A stretch of DNA of 64,000 nt, taken from assembly GCA_964016885.1 (NCBI GenBank), contig OZ024742.1, forward strand, positions 73,842,001 through 73,906,000. The letters are read 5' to 3'. This stretch comes from Eledone cirrhosa. Taxonomy: Eukaryota. Position 1 is the stretch's first letter; each line of letters begins with the position of its first letter. Below, in pieces: positions 14,284 to 28,746 of the stretch. Position numbers and translations under genes: made by a program. The notes under the pieces are model-generated. The model worked only from the letters and a program-made list of their open reading frames with translations, was not told where the DNA came from and did no database searches.

Positions 14284-14474
14284 GGCTGAAAATTCATAGG
14301 CTGACTATGAAGGAGTGATGCTAGAGCTGTGACATCTTGCATGCATTAATTTCAACTCTTCTTATTAATAACTGCATTGTTTCTTTCCAGAGACTATGTT
14401 GAGAAATAAACCTCATTTCGTCATTCCATGAAAGTATTTTGGTCAGCCTGTGAACTTTTCCGCCGACCCTCGTA
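14284..14474. mobile_element. Tc1/mariner-type MITE
   Basis: Terminal inverted repeats GCTGAAAATTCATAGGCTGAC / GTCAGCCTGTGAACTTTTCCGCCGACCCTCG-TA. A second copy lies at 59597-59745. Confidence 0.65.
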
Positions 14475-15042
14475 CCTTCATAGTGAATGGATGTTATTTT
14501 AGTTCGATAATATCTCGCAGCTCAATAGATAGTGCTATATTAGAATCAGTTTATAGCAATGCACGTGGTATTTAGCATTTTTATGATTCGGTTCCAGTAG
14601 AATTGTTAATAAACGGATTTTTATTTTGGGTAATTTTAGGAATATAAGCAATTATTGCCTCTGGTTGGTTCAAGTGGCATGACTACCGTAGACCGCTCAA
14701 TATAACAAGTTTATTGGACGCCATGTTGTATGTATTATCATATTTATTCCATATAATTCGTTCAAATGTAGGAAAATTACTTTCTGTCGATATTCTGGTA
14801 ATAAATTGAGTCAAATTCCTGCATGAGTGTATTAATTCATATTTTCTGTGGATGTTATATTTGATATTTAAGTCTGATTCATCTGTTACAAATTTCAGGA
14901 CATATCAAGGATTCATAGTTAAACATAAATTCCAGATACATGCATTTTAAATAAACATCAATTTCAATTTACAATCTTTACAATGAAATAATAGATAAGT
15001 AGTATTGAAGTTAATTTGTTCTAGTAATAATAATAATAATGT

Positions 15043-15382
15043 TTCTACTATAGGCACAAGGCCAGCAATTAACCCAGTGCATTACTGGTGCTTTATGTTA
15101 TCGACCCCGTAAGGATGAAAGGCAAAGCTAATCTCGGCGGGATTTGAACTCAGGACGTAAAGGGCCATAACTCTATGCTGCAAAGCATGTTGTCTGACAC
15201 TCTACCAATACTGCCAAACCACCACCCATAATAATAATGATTTCTTCTATAGGCACAAGGCCAGCAATTTGAGGGAGGGGAAAGTCGATTAAATCGACCT
15301 CAGTACGTTACTGGTACTTTATGTTATCGACCCCGTAAGAATTAAAGGCAAAGCTAACCTCGGCGGGATTTGAACTCAGAAG
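15043..15382 (-). mobile_element. Two tandem tRNA-derived SINE copies
   Basis: Two reverse-complement cores ending GGCGGGATTTGAACTCAG. Confidence 0.75.
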
Positions 15383-15389
15383 CGGTAGT

Positions 15390-16400
15390 AGTTGCCGACC
15401 TGCAGGCCACCTACTATTCCTGGTTAATTTGTGCTCCTGTTACCGTTTCGTACTCCCTGAGAACGGTGCCAATCATCTCAATGTGTTTGGCGTTCGACAG
15501 CACTACGGTGACATCGTTGGCATATGCTAACATGGATATCCCACATCCTAGTTCTATTATCTATAATAGCTAACCTGAAAGTACTCCGGATGAGTCTACT
15601 CAGACTGTTTTCATTGACGCCCAGAAATGCTCTCGGGGCATCATCTTTCATATTCCCCCCTAACTCATTCTAGAATACAGGAGTTCACAATCCCCCGACT
15701 ATGTAATCCAACTAGTTGAGTGCTGTTGCAGCCTAGCAACATGCCAGATATCAAAGCCCCCCCCCCCCCCCCACACACACTTTGACCAAGGACTGCAACA
15801 AACAACGGCCACACATGTTCCCAATTGTCATTGTTTACGAATCTCTACAGATGTGTCGGTCTGGGTGCTAGCTCCTACCCATCCCCCTTTCTGAAAAAAG
15901 AAGTGAAAGAGTGTTCGTTCTAATTTGGTCACATGTTTCATGAGAATAGGCAATAGGCATGATGGTCAGGCGGTTGTACATTATTGAAGTGGATAACATT
16001 TAGCTACTCCCTCTCAGCACATTTTTGGGTAAGACTGGATGCCATGCAAATGAGCTTTTCCCAGTTTTTATCAACCTGAAGGTCTAATCCAAACCAGACA
16101 TCGAGCACCCTTAGCTCAGTGACAGAAGCTACCGTCTCGAATAGACTTCTTTTTTCCAGGCGCCGAATTGCAAGCCCTCTGACTTGTGATTAATGTATGC
16201 ACCCGTTAACTGATGCCGACCACCTCGATTTTTAATGTATCTGACACCATAACGGTGAACAAGTCTGTGTATGAAGACACGGTTCATGCCAGTTTCAAGT
16301 GGAATTTCTCTCAACATCTCTAGCCTCTGCAGTAAAAGCTCCAGAAGAGATAAAGGGAAGCCTCCTTGACAGATCAAACAGTACTGATCGACGGCCGTTT
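15390..16400 (-). pseudogene. Decayed Tx1-clade RT fragments
   Basis: LAYANDVTVVLS..IGTVLREYETVTGAQIN, LDVWFGLDLQVDKNWE and ICQGGFPLSLLELLLQRLE align by eye to ORF 53841..55223. Confidence 0.7.
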
Positions 16401-17019
16401 ATTTTCACCCCCGAACAGATACAGATGTGCTTTATAATAATACAACATCTAAAGACATAGAACTAGAGGAAGAAAGCTGTAGTTTGTGGGCAGACAGGAG
16501 AGTTTCTCTTTCATCCTCTTCGCTTATCCTCTTCATCTTCTCCCACCAGCTTCTCTTCTTGACACGACGCCATTTGTAAAATTGTGATTTTAAAATTAGT
16601 TCGTAAAGATATTTATTTTTTTTTTAGATTTCGAACCATTAAAGGAGGTGGGGCGAAATGAAATGACTAGTTCTCTCTTCATGTTCACTTCCACAATAAA
16701 ATGATCAACAAAAATGTGCAATAATGAAACCCCTAAACAGTATTTGAACTAATAATATAACGAACTGGAACAAATACCGCGAGGCATTTTGTTCAACGCT
16801 GTAACTATTCTACCAATCCACCTTCTCTCTCTTCCTCTCCATCTTCCTTCTCTTAAAATTTACTCCCTGTGCGTGGCTTTTTTAATTCAGTGTGGAACTT
16901 AAAAAATTGAAATAAATTTAAAAAAAGGTAAAAATGGCGAATTGGGCAAACTTGTTTGTTTTCGTCTGTTCCATGTCTAATAGGTGTTCGATTACAGTGC
17001 TTGGTTCTGATTGTCAGAG

Positions 17020-17895
17020 TAGTGATGGTGTTGGTGGTGGTGGTGGTGGTGGTGGTTGTCAGAGGTAGTGGTGGTGGTGTGCTAGTTAGAGGTAGTGGTG
17101 GTGGTGGTGGTTGTTAGAGGTAGTGGCGGTGGTGGTGGTTGTCAGAGGTAGTGGTGGTTGTGGTAGTTGTGGTGGTGGTAGTTGTCAGAGGTAGTGGTGG
17201 TGGTGGTGGTGGTGGTGGTTGTCAGAGGTAGTGCTGGTGGTGGTGCTAGTTAGAGGTAGTGGCGGTGGTGGTGTTTGTTAGAGATAGTGGTGGTGGTGGT
17301 GGTTGTTAGAGGTAGTGGCGGTGGTGGTGGTTGTCAGAGGTACTGGTGGTGGTGGTAGTTGTGGTGGTGGTAGTTGTCAGAGGTAGTGGTGGTGGTGGTT
17401 GTCAGAGGTAGTGCTGGTGGTGGTGCTAGTTAGAGGTAGTGGTGGTGGAGGTGGCGGTGGTTCTCAGGATAGTGATGGTGGTGGTGGTGGTGGTGGTGGT
17501 GGTGGTTATCAGAGGTAGTGGTGGTGGCGGTGGTTGTTAGAGATAATGGTGGTGGGGGGGGGGGAGGGGGTTAGCGGTACTGGTGGTGGGGCTGGTTGTC
17601 AGAGTAGTGGTGGTTGTCAGAGGTAGTGGTGGTGGAGGTGGCGGTGGTTCTCAGGATAGTGATGGTGGTGGTGGTGGTGGTGGTGGTTGTCAGAGGTAGT
17701 GGTGGTGGCGGTGGTTGTCAGAGGTAGTGGTGGTGGTGCGGTGGTTGTCAGAGGTAGTGGTGGTGGTGGTGGTGGTTGTCAGAGAAATGGTGGTGGTGGT
17801 TGTCACAGTAGTAATGATGGTGGTTGACTGAGGTAGTTGTGGTAATGGTTGTCAGGTAGTAGTGATGGGGTTGTTGTCAGAGTAGTCAGTATTGG
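17020..17895. repeat. (GGT)n-based minisatellite with TGTCAGAGGTAGT spacers
   Basis: Visible tandem structure. Confidence 0.9.
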
Positions 17896-17959
17896 TGGTC
17901 ATAGAAGGAGGGACAGCTTCCATTTTCCTGTACAAGACTTCTCAGACTAAGACTGACAT

Positions 17960-18240
17960 CGGCCTCAGAAGTTTAGATATATATTAGCCGTTGTTTGTTG
18001 AAATAACTTAGAGTGGTGAGATCTAGGGGAGTCTAATTCAGGAGAAGAATGATTGGATAAGGTGTTTAGTGCGAGTCTGTTGAGTAAGGTACTGTATGGT
18101 TGACAAGAGAAAGAAAGCTGTATAGAGCTGGGTGAATATGTAGCCTCATAGTTCAAAGAAGCGCAGACTGTTATAGCAATGGTAGAGAAGATGGCATACC
18201 CGTGAATTAGTGCTTGTATTGTATTGGCAGGTTTGATTTT
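17960..18240 (-). pseudogene. Possible CR1/L2-type LINE C-terminal remnant
   Basis: LLYHCYNSLRFFEL and TRTKHLIQSFFS resemble LFYRYY..CS.EL and RT...SFFPR. Confidence 0.4.
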
Positions 18241-18294
18241 AGTAATCAGTCAAATGGATTTCATTTGGATGTGATCTAGATTGTTTCGAGATGA

Positions 18295-18965
18295 AACAGA
18301 TCCCCTCTTCCAGATATATAAACAGATCCACTCTCCCAGATATAGCAACAGATACACTTTCCCAGATATAGCAACAGATACACTCTCCCGGATATAGCAA
18401 CAGATACACTTTCCCAGATATAGCAACAGATACACTCTCGCAGATATAGCAACAGATGCACTCTCCCAGATATAGCAACAGATAACTCCCCCAGATATAG
18501 CAACAGATACACTCTCCCAGATATAGCAACAAGTACACTCTCGCAGATATAGCAACAGATCCACTCTCCCAGATATAGCAACAGATCCACTCTCCCAGAT
18601 ATAGCAACAGAGGCATTCTCCCAGATATAGCAACAAGTACACTCTTCCAGATATAGCAACAGATACACTTCCCCAGATATAGCAACATATCCAATCTCCC
18701 AGATATAGCAACAGATCCACTCTCCCAGATATAGCAACAGAGGCATTCTCCCAGATATAGCAACAAGTACACTCTTCCAGATATAGCAACAGATACACTT
18801 CCCCAGATATAGCATAAGATACACTCTCCCAGATATAGCAACATATACACTCTCCCAGATATAGCAACAGAGGCACTCTCCCAGATATAGCAACAAATAC
18901 ACTCTCCCAGGTATAGCAACAGAGGCACTCTCCCAGATAGAGTAACAAATACACTCTCCCAGATA
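18295..18965. repeat. 25-bp minisatellite
   Basis: Unit approximately CTCTCCCAGATATAGCAACAGATACA. Confidence 0.92.
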
Positions 18966-19351
18966 GTATGATAGTTTCTTCCCTCACACATTTCACCAGT
19001 GGAATTCTCTTCTGACTTCTTGCTTTTTTGACGACTACAATTTGCAAACATTCAAAGCAATATAAATCGTTATCTTCACTCTCCTTAAATTATATTCTCT
19101 CTGCCTTGCCCTTGTCCTTTCTCAGTAACTACTTGTATTTTAGTAGCGTTGTTGCCTTGCTTGGGGTGAGTAAATGAAAATATATATATATATATGGGAG
19201 CAATGTGTGTTTTATTTCAGTTATGTAGACCACGGGTCCCCAACACAGTTGATATTAACCCCCATGGATCAATTGGACTACCTAGGAAGTCGATTGAAAT
19301 ATGGGTCCAAAATCTGACATTTGTATAAGCTATGAAAATACGTACAATAAT

Positions 19352-19560
19352 TGTTTCTGATTTAGGCACAAGGCCAGCAATTTGGGGGTGGAGGGAAAGT
19401 CGATTAAATGGACCCCAGTGCTTTACTAGTACTTTATTTTATCACCCCCATTAGGATGAAAGGCAAAGATAACCTCGGTGAGATTTGAACTAAGAATGTA
19501 AAGGACTGTAACTCTATGACACAAAGCACATTGTCCGACGTTCCACCGATTCTGCCAATC
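19352..19560 (-). mobile_element. tRNA-derived SINE
   Basis: Reverse-complement core. Another plus-strand copy lies at about 19870-19980. Confidence 0.72.
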
Positions 19561-20891
19561 TTCAATAATACAATAAAATACAACTTGCTTCTAATGAATT
19601 CTGATTTATATATGATTAATCTTTATTGTTTATATATTTTATGTTCTATTAATATATTTACTGACTTATTCACTTTTGTACGTGCCTGGGAGCAATGAGT
19701 GAACAAGAATTCCACAAACGGATCGATGATCTAAATTGTTTGGGGCTCTCTGATGTAAACATTCAGAAACTGTTCAGAGCTGAAGCATTTTCTGATCGTG
19801 AAGAGGAACCCTAACCTCTGTGATACAGCTTTGGCAATGTTATGTATGCGTGAATTCATCGTGTCGTTAGACAGCATTCGTTCCGGCTCTCTGCACTCTC
19901 AGTTCAAATCCCTCCCAGATTAACTTTGTCTTTCATCGTTTTGAGGTCGATAAAAGAAGTACCAGTCTAGTACTGGATTATCTATACCGATACTATCTCA
20001 CTTCTTTTCTCTCCTTCTCTGGAAGAAATAGACTGTATTCCGACGGAAGAGTTATGAGCTCTGCCAGGTTTTAAATGCCGAAAATATGGTGTGTCACAAC
20101 GGTGCCCTTGCACACACACACACACACACAGAGTGTGAATCTTATTAAATAAAATTACTTTAAAAATTCAATCTTTCATGAGTTGTAACTTTTGGATTAT
20201 TAATTGTGATTTTCGTAATCAGCATTCAAAACTACACATGTGTAGAAATTTACTATAAAATCGGACAATATCCGTTAAAAGTAGAAGATTCAAGTCATTC
20301 GATGAAAATATGTTTTCAAAATTATTTTGTGGAATGCAGTTTCTATAAAAAGACGGTTCGATAGAAAGTCAGTTCTCTAAAAAGTCACTCAATAAAAATG
20401 TGTTTATAAAATCATTCTATGACAAATAGTTTCTAGAAAAATCCTCTCGATGAAAATATGTTTACAAAATTATTGGGGAAAAAGTAGTTTCCATAAAACG
20501 TTGGTTCGTTGAAAATATGTTTGCTGGAAATTCTTCTGTGAAAAATAGTTTTGATGAAAAGTTGTTCGATAAAATTCGTTGATAAAAACTACTTACTTTA
20601 GTAGGAACTGATCTCTGAATGTATAATTAAATAAAATCTTGTAACTCAACGTAACAAGTGAATCATGTTAACCATATCCATCTAGTTCTTTTCAAGTCCT
20701 GTCTTTTTTTTTTTTTTTTTAAGATGGTAGAGGGTGATTTGAGAGTAGTTTGGCTATTATTTCTAGTAGATCGAACATCCATATAGGTCATGTCATGAGA
20801 CTCAGTTCAACGGGAAAGGCAGTCAAATAAGTAAGATAGGTGGGGTATGAGACGAGTTAGTGTTCCTCCTACTTCAATATCTACTTTATCT

Positions 20892-21073
20892 AATGGCGGA
20901 TTTAACATTGCGCTCAGGTGTGCTTAAGCACAGGGCCCCGTTGGCCAGAGGGTGGAGGAGGGCAACTTCCTGCCAAAATCATTTTTTACGATGAATTACC
21001 TCTTTCGGGGCCCAAGTAAGGGGCCTCATAACTTAACTAGCACATGACCTTGTTTGTCCTAAATCCGACACTG
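20892..21073. mobile_element. Probable MITE (Harbinger-like ends)
   Basis: Inverted ends TGGCGGATTTA / TAAATCCGACACTG. Similar end motifs occur at about 8557 and 22261. Confidence 0.45.
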
Positions 21074-21482
21074 ACTCTATCTCCCATTCCAACCCACCAA
21101 TCTCCACGATATGAGATCTGTTTTCTTTTAATAACTAGCAAGGTAATGGATACATTAGCTGTGGGATCGAGAGATAGTTACTGAATCTATCTAAATTAAC
21201 AAACTCCTTCCAGATTCTTCTACTATTTTACAGATAACTAATGGGCTCATACTGTTAATAATGATGGCAATGGAGTTGAACGTATTTAATTTTTGGCGCC
21301 CAGGATTGGTATGCCATATATAATAAAATTGAAATGAACAAACACACAAACTAGAAAATTAGTGTTTTCCTAAATTAGAGAAGCTCTATAGTTTATGGAG
21401 ATTATTGACGCGTGGATGTGATTAAAATATAAGAGTATTATGATTTTTTCTTGGATAAAATTAATGTTTAGGATATATATAT

Positions 21483-21545
<63 letters not shown>

Positions 21546-21547
<2 letters not shown>

Positions 21548-21680
21548 CAAAGGAATTGTGGTAAGGAACCAGATGGACCATAACGCACCAGAGTACTCAA
21601 TACTTAGGGTAGTAGAGTGGGAATAGGAAAAAGCCGTAGAAACGGCTTGAGCTCTGCTGTCGGGGTCATACTTTTTCCTA
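21546..21680. mobile_element. Family Z insert (inverted tail plus forward arm)
   Basis: Homologous to 10390-10517, with the two parts in opposite orientations. Confidence 0.7.
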
Positions 21681-21737
21681 TATATATATACATACATACA
21701 TACATATATATACACATATACATATATATATATATAT

Positions 21738-21791
<54 letters not shown>

Positions 21792-21985
21792 GAAAGCAGA
21801 ACATTGCTTATTGATTATTTTGAAAATTTGGAGGTGAATAACAGTTATTATCGAGTGGCTGCTATTTGCAGTATAGCGATATAAGGTTGCGCTTACCAAC
21901 GAAACGGTCGTAAATACCTGGATAAAATCCTTTTTTTAATGCTTACCTGTGTTTTCTCTTTTATTATATATATATATATATACAT

Positions 21986-22250
21986 AATTATGTAATAAAC
22001 AACACAATAAAATTATTCCATTACCCAAGGTTTCACGAAGTCAGACGATTCTAACAGAGGTGTCTGAAGTCGTTCATCAGATAGAAAGATTTCTATGAAC
22101 GACTTCCGACACCTCTGTTAGAATCGTCTGACTTCGTGAAACCTTGGGTAATGGAATAATTATACTGTATTGTTTATTACATAATTAAATAGCTTTGTAC
22201 TATACATAGAGCACCCTTCTTTCCTTTACCTTTTCCACGGAAATACTTAA
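21986..22250. mobile_element. Foldback insert, ~200-bp palindrome (21986-22187)
   Basis: The arms are near-identical reverse complements, with an HHR in the left arm. Confidence 0.8.
22016..22086 (-). ncRNA. Type I hammerhead ribozyme
   Basis: Reverse complement reads ttctat CTGATGA acga..tcagac..gtctga..tcgt GAAAC cttgg GTA atggaa. Confidence 0.8.
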
Positions 22251-22483
22251 CATATATATACAGTGGCGGACAGGGTCTAACAATATTGATTGCCAGGAGA
22301 TGAAGGGGGCCCACCTACATGTAGAATGCTATCATTTAGTTTTTATAATGAATAAATAACATTTTCCAAAAAAAATAAGTGGAAACAAAACACTACAATC
22401 AAATTTTTGCTGGAAAATATCTTACTTTCTCCAATAAAAAATGTATTTTACGAAATCCAGAGACTTTCAATAATTCTTTTACA

Positions 22484-22573
<90 letters not shown>

Positions 22574-22771
22574 ATATATATATGGGAGTGCGTGTATATG
22601 TGTGCATCTAGTTTATATACAGATTTATATATACATAACCTGTTTTCAACTTGTACAAAAATCCCTAGGGATCTAATTGACATTGTATTTATATATATGT
22701 GTGTGTGTATTTATATATGTATGTGTGTGTATATATATATGTATATGCATGTATAAATATGTGTATGTGTG

Positions 22772-22818
<47 letters not shown>

Positions 22819-22969
22819 TATAAAATAATACAACTGGCTTTCCACAAAATACATATAGTTAACACCCCAAACACTTAAATTAGGTTTATACTAACGTATA
22901 ACCTAATGTTTGTTGAGTGAGATGGTTACCAGTCGGAGTTTAGCTTAAAGCTATCTCTGTTATTGTATT

Positions 22970-23051
<82 letters not shown>

Positions 23052-23241
23052 GATAAATCTACCAAAAGTTTACGGTAGTGTCCAATCCGTATGAAGAACT
23101 CAATGTAATCCGGATATCATGAAAAGAGAAGATGCATTCAAAAACTACTTTCGGTGAAAAATAAACGGAAAACAGAGTCAAGATAAATTAATAAAATAAT
23201 GAATAAGCAAAGAAACAGTTCCTTATATTAAAAAAAATTCT

Positions 23242-23380
23242 TCATTTTACGATCGTTTCTAGGATATATATGTGTTAGAGTTGGTATGCATATTCTATAG
23301 ATCTATGTACAATATTTATACAAACTATCAGAGGGAATATACATACCTACACATATATATGCTGTCTTCAGAAATAATGA
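23242..23380 (-). ncRNA. Hammerhead ribozyme with a ~110-nt stem II
   Basis: Reverse complement reads ttattt CTGAAGA [atatatatgtgt/acacatatatat; gtatgtatattc/gaatatgcatac] GAAAC gatc GTA aaatga. Confidence 0.7.
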
Positions 23381-24405
23381 TATTTGTTTATTGAAAAAAC
23401 AAAGATTCAATACAATAGGTCTGTTTGGGAACAGGTTTTGAATTGACCAATAGAGAGATAGTGAGGGTCAAGGTAGTAATATAGTAGTAGAAGAACCTTA
23501 AATTATGGGTAGAGGAAGGTAGATTTCAGTTTTGGAAGGAAAAGAATATTATGAATGAAGGATTATTTTAAGGAAGAAATAGGTCTTATGCTGACCTCAG
23601 AAATAATTTTATTTGTTCATTGAAAAAAACCAACAAAGATCTATTATATTCTGTCTGTTTGGTAAGAGGTTTAGAATTAACCAATAGAAAGTTAATAATT
23701 GGCCAAATGGTAAAATAGTAGTTGAAGCTTATTTTAGGGGTGAAAATAGGTCAGGTGGTCAGTAAAAGGTATACAAGCAGTTGCTGTTATAAAATAGTAA
23801 TGCCAATACAAATATCTAAGGTGACTAAAGTTTTACGATAAGAATGTTAGTGAAAAAAATACATCTATGAAAAGAATATAAATTAATTTAATTGATGGGT
23901 ATATTTATATTGATAAAATTATACTAATACATATAGATATGATAAATAAGAGTTAGATGCAGTTGAAAAGTGCTGTTACAGATGAGGGGGAATTAAAAGA
24001 ATATAAAAATAATATATATATATACTTATATATATATATATATATACACATATATATACACATACACACATATACACACATATATATACACATATATATA
24101 CACATATACATATATACATACATACATACATATATATACACACATACACACTTACATATACATATAATTATTGGGGGGGGGGAATTAATTTTATTAGTGA
24201 GAAATAATAAATATATATAGTTTTCAAGGAACATAGAGTCATAACCTGAAGTTAAAGCATTATATATGTTTACTTAATGGTATCAGTTTTAGGAAATGAT
24301 AGTTGTAAGAAGGAAAGCAAAATTATGTAGTTCATCAGTAGTAGAATATTAATTATAGGTTAACTAAATTAAAAATAGTTTATATATTAATTTCTAAAGT
24401 GTATA

Positions 24406-26445
24406 TTAATTAGGTTTATAATATTTAAAGGTTTTTCTCAGTTTATGATTACACGATATTAATTCCTGTCGCTTATTTAATAGGATATCCTTAGATTTCA
24501 TTATTTCAAAAAGTTCTTGGGAACATAATCTACATTCATATCTACTATTTTGATAAGGGGTGGCCCTTTTGAGCACACCCCAGGTCAGGTCATAATCTAT
24601 ATTCCTCTTTCTATAACTATTAATTATTTCAGCTAGAGATGTTGTATTAGCTAGTGCGGCATTTTTAAAACTATGTTTGTGGGTATTAAATCTTACCTTA
24701 AATTTGTTAGAGGTAGCTCCTATATATGAATAAAATGAGTCCTTAGTGTTAACTTTACATTTATATACTATTTTATTAACAAGGCAATTTCCTTTTAATG
24801 GACAGTTTGCCTTGTTTCTACAGTTACAACTTTTCGTGAATCCTGTATCTGAGGAGATATTATGGTTAGTTTGATGTACTGGTGGTATACTCATGGTTTT
24901 TTTTATATGCATTATATGCACTTATATTTTGTTTTATGTTTTTGGTTGTTGAGTAGGAGAATTTAACCGTTGGTCTATTTAAGATTTGATGGTATTTGTG
25001 GTTTGGCGGGAAGTGTTTCTCTAGGATATTAAAGAATTTTTTAGGTATATTATCCTTGATTTGTAAATTAAATGGAGCATTATACCAAGTAACTCGTCTA
25101 TTACAGTTTCGATGTTGTTTATTGTTTTTATAGGATGCATCCTGATGTTTATTAAGAGAATTATTGTTAATGACCTCACCACACACATTTTTAGTTAGAT
25201 TTATTGATTTAGGTGTTTTAGCTTGTTTATTAGGAGTTTTATTATTAACATTTATTAGAGTTGTAGGATGAGTACTTTTTTGAGAGTTACTATACTGTAT
25301 ATTAGAAGAGTTAGAGAAATTTGGTTTTATGTTGGTGTTTTGGGGTATAGTGTGAGTGGCATTTAGGTGTGTATGTTGGTGTTTTGGGGTATAGTGTGAG
25401 TGGCATTTAGGTGTGTATGTTTCATTTGGTGTTTGTTGGTAATATTAGGTTGTATGTTTGTAGTGTTATTGGTAGAAGGTATATATACTAATCTATTTTT
25501 GTGGCCACTTCTAGCTAGAGCTTCGTTATAAAAGGTTGCATTTTTATCAAATATATCTTGGTTAGATGAAAGGTTAGAAATTCTAAGTGATATATTATAT
25601 GCAAGGTTTTTAAGGATAGATTTAGGGTGATTAGATTGTGAGTGTATGTAGTGTAAATTTTGGTTGGGTTTATGGTAAGGTTGGTAGATACCTGTAGATA
25701 AGTCTAATGTTATATCTAGGAAATTAACTACTTTACTTGTGTTTTCAAATGTAATATCTAGACTATAATAGTCTTTAAGGAAAGTTCTAATAAGCTTTTT
25801 ATTTTTTTCTATCTCTGAGAGGCTAAGGTTATTGGAAAGAAGAAGACAGTCGTCACGATATAAACCACCTTTAAGGTGGGGAAAGGAAGCATTTATGTTA
25901 AAAAGAAGAAAGAGGCCCACAAGATCAGTAATTTGGGCAGAATCGCTTGAGCCCATAGTAATATCGAATAGATTACTATATGTGTTTCTGGTCCAGTATT
26001 CATTCTGAAATTCCAATAGTGTTAGTCTAGCATGTGTAATAATATTAATGTCATCCAAAGTTAAGTTAGATCTATTTTTAGCAAATATCAAGGCTTTGTT
26101 CAGGAGTATAGGTGATATAGAAGAATAATAATTATCTATATCAAATTGTAGAAATGAAGCAGAGGATTTATTTCTAATATTATTAAACCAGTTAATTACC
26201 TGGGATGTGTTTTCCCAGAGTGGTAAATTAACATGTTTTCTTAGTTGTGGGATGACCCTTTCTAAAATATTTTTTTTTACTAATTATTCCAATATCAGAT
26301 TTGGAGGGACATATAAGTCTTATAGAAGGATTAGAGTTAAAGTTAGATTTATGATCTTTCAGGTTGAAGTGTGGTCTTTTCAATGCCAAAGGTTCAGTTC
26401 TATCTTCAATATTAAGTCTATTCACTATGATGTGTGTTTTGTTGT

Positions 26446-26447
<2 letters not shown>
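24406..26447 (-). pseudogene. PLE RT-linker-GIY-YIG polyprotein (frameshifted)
   Basis: LKDHK..RLICPSKSDIG, FDIDNYYSSI, MGSSDSAQ, GLYRDDCL, FLDITLDL, CNCRNKANCPLKGNC, IVY..YIG and CRLC motifs. Confidence 0.92.
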
Positions 26448-26520
<73 letters not shown>

Positions 26521-26577
26521 CCACCTTCACCACTAATTGATTTGACAGATGTCTTTAACCCATTGGTACCAAACATT

Positions 26578-26765
26578 AATTGGCGGTAGATTGGCAGCAT
26601 CGGTAGGGGGTCGAACATGCTTTCCCGCATAGTTACGTCCCTTTATGATCTGAGTTCAAATCCCGCCGAGGTTAACTTTGCCTTTCATCCTTACGGGGTC
26701 GATAAAATAAAGTACCAGTAATGTACTGGTTATTTACTGGCTTTGTGCCAAAAGTAGAAACAATT
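26578..26765 (+). mobile_element. tRNA-derived SINE
   Basis: A-box TGGCAGCATCGG, B-box GAGTTCAAATCCC and the core. A partial copy lies at 27020-27118. Confidence 0.82.
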
Positions 26766-26795
26766 ATTTGGTCAGTAGTTCGTGTGTACGTGTAA

Positions 26796-26907
<112 letters not shown>

Positions 26908-27871
26908 AATAATAAGGTTGTTACCAAAGAGCTAGGAGATTGACAAGTCCACCCTAAATATGACTAATAGCTCTAGGAAAGCCATGGACGACACCAGATC
27001 TTTTTAACTTTGATTATGAAAGGTTAACTTTGCCTTTCATCCTTACGTGGTCGATAAAATAAAGTACCAGTAATGTACTGGGTAATTGCTGGCCTTGTGC
27101 TAAAAGTAGAAACAATTATGAAAGTAGGTTTATAGCTACGTCAGAGGACCAAACAGACCTATGATCAAAGGCATATCAGCCGTAACCATCGTACTTTTAG
27201 TGGAATACCGGATTATATTGTCTATAACATAGACAATATAATCCGGTAAAATGTGATTTTAGACAGAGATTTGGTTATTTCTAGCAAGTAAAATGACTGC
27301 TCAGTGGCTCTCGTATTTGCTAAAATCAGCTCCTGTTATGTATATGTATGTGTGGGTATGTATGTGTATGTATGTGTATGTGTGGGTATGTATGTGTATG
27401 TATGTGTATGTGTGGGTATGTATGTGTATGTGTGGGTATGCATGTGTGTGTGTGTGTATTTGTCTGCCTTCGTCTACATATTTCTGTATCTGTGTGTGTC
27501 CTTGTGTGTCTGTGTGTTTGTGTATTTGTGTCTGTGTATGTGACCAGAGCTGACAACCATGTTTAGATAGTTATTGTCACACATCATTGTATATCATCAT
27601 TAACTAATGAAATCATTAATTGATTGTCAATACATTTATCACGGTTAGTGAACCACTCAGAAATCACCTGAAATAAATATTGTTTCTTCCTTCAACTGAT
27701 ATCAAAACTGATATCATTTTGTAATATTTCTATAACCGATTCTAATGGAAAGCTCAAGAACAATAATTTTTTTTTTTTTTTTTTTGGTGGAGGGATTATA
27801 TCGCCTCTAGTACTTCACTGGTACTTAATCTTATTAACGAGGGGAGGATGAAAAGGCGTATTTTGTGTGTG

Positions 27872-27967
<96 letters not shown>

Positions 27968-28014
27968 ACAACACATATATATATAAATATATGTATATAT
28001 ATATATATATATAT

Positions 28015-28746
28015 GCGCAGCCATCATTATTATCATATTTACACATAATTTTTCTTCTGCTGCGACCCGTCTGTTTCGTTCTTTGTACCTTTTACCCTTT
28101 CTAGCAGTCTCTCTCTCTGTTAGCCTCCTCCTCAACTTTCACTCACTCATTCTCTGTCACTACCTCTTTCCTCCTCCTCTTTCCTCCTCTTCCTTCAAGT
28201 TTGACCTGTGTGTAATTCTTTTCTCGCGCGTTCTTGGTCAAGCCGGTATGAAATGTTTTTCTCTCTCTCTCTTTCGTCTGCGACTTCACAAAACTTATGT
28301 TTACCGAATTCGTAGACCAGACCCCTTCTTCTTCTTCTTCTTCTTCTTCTTCTTCTTCTTCTTCTTCTTCTTCTTCTTCTTCTTCTTCTTCTTCTTCCTC
28401 CCCCCGTTAGACTTGTGCGAAATTCCTTCCTTGCTCACATTTCAACCAGGTTTGATGGTCTTTTGTCTCTTGTTCACGATTTCACCGAGTTTATATTCAA
28501 AGAGATCTGGGACTTGTCTATTTCTTCTCACTTTCCGTTGCTTAAACCATTTTGTTTGTTACCCCAACGTCCCCTTTATTTACGTGTCCCAACGACTTTT
28601 TTTAGCCGTTGTTCGCACCAACCTGAGGCATATGGCCCTTAAAGCGATGAAATGCCTGGGACGGTTGGAGGGTCACTGATGAAGGACTTACTTTTTCATA
28701 TGCACCACCATTTGCAACGCGCAGATCATTATTATCATATTTACAC

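Larger units (their letters stand above)
23050..26447 (-). mobile_element. Penelope-like element, 5'-truncated and frameshifted, with a long 3' UTR
   Basis: RT and GIY-YIG frames are present, with an HHR near the 3' end and (TA)n on both flanks. Confidence 0.92.

Noticed and set aside
18239-19051. Cys/Trp-rich repetitive ORFs in three frames (also 11595-12132)
   Set aside because: They are minisatellite translations (25-bp and 30-bp units) open in several frames.
28083-28679. 198-aa hydrophobic ORF with poly-Phe
   Set aside because: It derives from (TTC)n and pyrimidine-rich sequence and has no recognisable domain.
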